Part shown: positions 62,038-64,000 of the stretch, piece by piece | Layout: every line of letters starts with the position of its first letter | Position numbering within the stretch: position 1 is the first letter of the stretch | Assembly (NCBI GenBank): GCA_045530935.1 | Contig: JAZSDC010000004.1 | Span: 3,212 to 67,211 of the forward strand | Direction: 5' to 3' | Length of the DNA stretch: 64,000 bases | From: Candidatus Enterousia sp. | GTDB taxonomy: Bacteria > Pseudomonadota > Alphaproteobacteria > Rs-D84 | Notes under the pieces: model-generated | Told to the model about the DNA's origin: nothing | The model's database searches: none | Seen by the model: only the letters and a program-made list of their open reading frames with translations | Program-made: the position numbers and the translations under genes

Positions 62038-64000
62038 ATGTCTAGATTTCTGCGCGTTTTTGCGTTTTTATTTGTTTCATTTTTAACAACTAATTTGTTT
62101 GCGGCGGGTTATGTGTGCGATTATTCGTCGATGATATTTACGTCTTGTCATCCGGGGGCGTATTTGACGTATAATGGTGTGTATAACGCTGTGCCACGTG
62201 CGGGTAATGCATGTACCGAGTGTCCTGAGAACTTTGCGTGTCCTGGTGGTACAGAAGAACCGTATCAGGTTGCTGTTACATGTGAGCCGGGGTATTATTT
62301 GCCTGCAAATAAATTAGCATGTGAAAAGTGTCCAGCGGGCAAATATTGTGCGGGTGGTACGTTTGATTATCCTGCCTCTTCATCTAATCGCGGTATTACA
62401 GGGACGTGCCCATCCCCAACAACACGTGTTCGTACGACATATCCAACAAAATATTATGGTGTACCAACATTGATCTCTGTCGCCCTTTCAAGCTGGCGCG
62501 ATGGTATATCCAGCAAGGCAGGATGTGTTGCGATATATAAGTATAATGGTTCACGTGGTGAATTCTGGCATGAAGGCGTAAGATATAATGCAACAACTGA
62601 TAAATATGATAATGATACATATGCATCGCTTTATTATTTGAGTCCAGCCGCAGGATATTATTTGAACGAGCGGTACGAAGACACATATTGTAATACGGCT
62701 GGGCATGCTATGTTGTATCGTGACGCATTGCCATGTCCGGCGGGTAACTACTGTTTGGGGCGCACAACACAGACTCTGTGTTCATCTGGGACATATGAAA
62801 CAACACTGGGGATTGATGGTCAGGTAACTGCAGGTTATTATTCAACCGGTGGCGCAACCAAGGCAGCGCCAACCGCATCAGACTGTGTTGCAGGGGGTAC
62901 ATGTGGTGCAATTGCAGCGGGATATTATGGCGCGGCGGGCGCTACAAAGTCCACAGGTTCTGGCAATATTGCGGCTGGTTATTATTCAACCGGTGGCGCT
63001 ACAAAGTCGACGCCAACCGCAGCGGGTAATGGGTGTTTAACTGGTTTTGCATGTGGCAAGGTTGACGAGGGGTATTATTCAACCGGTGGTGGTACATCGG
63101 CGGTACCGGTGGCCGCGGGGAATGGATGCCTGAATGGTAAACAGTGTGGTAAGGTTTCAGAGGGCTGTTATTCCACAGGCAAAGGGTCAACGACATCATG
63201 TCCAAACAGCTGTGAGGATGTCAGCACTTTGTTTCCTTACAGTGAAATGGGTTCAACATCCGTAAACGATTGTTATGCTAAGATTCCTGCGGGACAGTAT
63301 ATGCGCAGACCGGGATATTACGCGACCGACAGTTGTCCATTGGGATCATACAGCAGTGCCCACATCGCGCATTATAATGAAGTTACATCATGTACACCAT
63401 GTCTGGCAGGTACGACAACATCAAATACCGGTGCGACTTCTGTGCAGTCGTGTATCGAATGCGGCGGTGACAGTGCGGCGTATACATATTCTTGGGAAGT
63501 ACCGTCGTGGAACACGGGTGGTTATGTGGATAATTTGTGTGTTGCGAAAACATGTAAGGCAGGTTCTGCATATAATACAACCACCAATAAATGTGTCGAG
63601 TGTCCAGCAGGTAGCTGGCAATCTGCTAATAACCATACCGCTGGTTCATGCTCGTTTGCGCAGATTGGTTATTATGTTCCGATATCGGGTTCGGATTCTC
63701 AGACGCCATGTCCGGCAGGTAAATATACAAGTGCAGAAGGTCAAAGCGCATGCACGGATGTAAATGCAGGTTATTGGAATAATGGTGGTGGTACGTCCGC
63801 AACACCAACTGCGTCGGGTAATGGGTGTTTGTCCGGATATGCATGTGGTACGATTGCGGCGGGATATTATGGCGCGGCGGGCGCTACAAAGTCCACAGGT
63901 TCTGGCAATATTGCGGCGGGTTATTATTCAACTGGTGGCGGTACGTCTGCAACACCAACTGCGGCGGGTGACGGATGTTTGTCCGGATATGCATGTGGCA
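62038..64000 (+). CDS. 5' part (654 codons, open to the window edge) of a large secreted Cys-rich repeat protein with ephrin-receptor-like/GCC2_GCC3-type CxxCPxGxY motifs
   Basis: Absent from the ORF track because no stop occurs in the window. ATG at 62038 and signal MSRFLRVFAFLFVSFLTTNLFA. Repeats of C.ECP....CPGG, CEKCPAGKYCAGG, CPAGKYTSAEGQSAC and AGYYSTGG(A/G)TS..PTAAGNGCL.G.ACG. Confidence 0.8.
   Translation, partial: MSRFLRVFAFLFVSFLTTNLFAAGYVCDYSSMIFTSCHPGAYLTYNGVYNAVPRAGNACTECPENFACPGGTEEPYQVAVTCEPGYYLPANKLACEKCPAGKYCAGGTFDYPASSSNRGITGTCPSPTTRVRTTYPTKYYGVPTLISVALSSWRDGISSKAGCVAIYKYNGSRGEFWHEGVRYNATTDKYDNDTYASLYYLSPAAGYYLNERYEDTYCNTAGHAMLYRDALPCPAGNYCLGRTTQTLCSSGTYETTLGIDGQVTAGYYSTGGATKAAPTASDCVAGGTCGAIAAGYYGAAGATKSTGSGNIAAGYYSTGGATKSTPTAAGNGCLTGFACGKVDEGYYSTGGGTSAVPVAAGNGCLNGKQCGKVSEGCYSTGKGSTTSCPNSCEDVSTLFPYSEMGSTSVNDCYAKIPAGQYMRRPGYYATDSCPLGSYSSAHIAHYNEVTSCTPCLAGTTTSNTGATSVQSCIECGGDSAAYTYSWEVPSWNTGGYVDNLCVAKTCKAGSAYNTTTNKCVECPAGSWQSANNHTAGSCSFAQIGYYVPISGSDSQTPCPAGKYTSAEGQSACTDVNAGYWNNGGGTSATPTASGNGCLSGYACGTIAAGYYGAAGATKSTGSGNIAAGYYSTGGGTSATPTAAGDGCLSGYACG
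63781..64000. repeat. 150-bp tandem coding modules (also related to 62909-63058)
   Basis: 63791-63850 and 63941-64000 match at about 54/60 positions. A 59-bp core is identical between 62917-62975 and 63859-63917. Confidence 0.9.

Overview
This 64-kb chromosomal segment looks alphaproteobacterial and AT-leaning by gene content: GcrA cell-cycle regulator, a bactofilin + M23 peptidase operon, ybgC-tolQRA and lpxA-lpxB. I count about 53 protein-coding genes and a cluster of 4 tRNAs (Leu-CAG, Ala-CGC, Leu-UAA, Val-CAC). I saw no rRNA, CRISPR array, transposase or integrase. Confident housekeeping calls are tlyA, leuS, rpiB, lpxA, lpxB, thyA, tig, rpsI, rplM, an OmpR/EnvZ-type two-component pair, ruvB, ybgC, tolQ, tolR, tolA, secA, dnaE, rsmH, gpmI, tadA, rsmD and rplY. 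Three kinds of unexplained material are interleaved with these. (1) Five very large, signal-peptide-bearing, cysteine-rich ORFs (11406-14282, 38904-45383, 54030-56510, 56527-57981, 62038->64000) cover about 24% of the window. They include one clear paralogous pair, a 2159-aa mosaic of InlB-B-repeat-like and Cys-rich modules, and an edge-truncated ORF built from near-identical 150-bp modules. (2) A block of minus-strand genes of unknown function (14811-23698) abuts the tRNA cluster. It encodes secreted proteins, a GH108-like muramidase, a GT11-like fucosyltransferase, an orphan prepilin peptidase and an 80-bp stretch identical between two paralogs. (3) Two noncoding elements stand out. One is a tandem pair of long hairpins with conserved loop and flanks but completely covarying stems (5398-5588). 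The other is an iteron-like 83-bp tandem array inside an ~850-bp C-poor noncoding tract (170-960). All functional assignments come from reading motifs in the translated ORFs; no database search was run.
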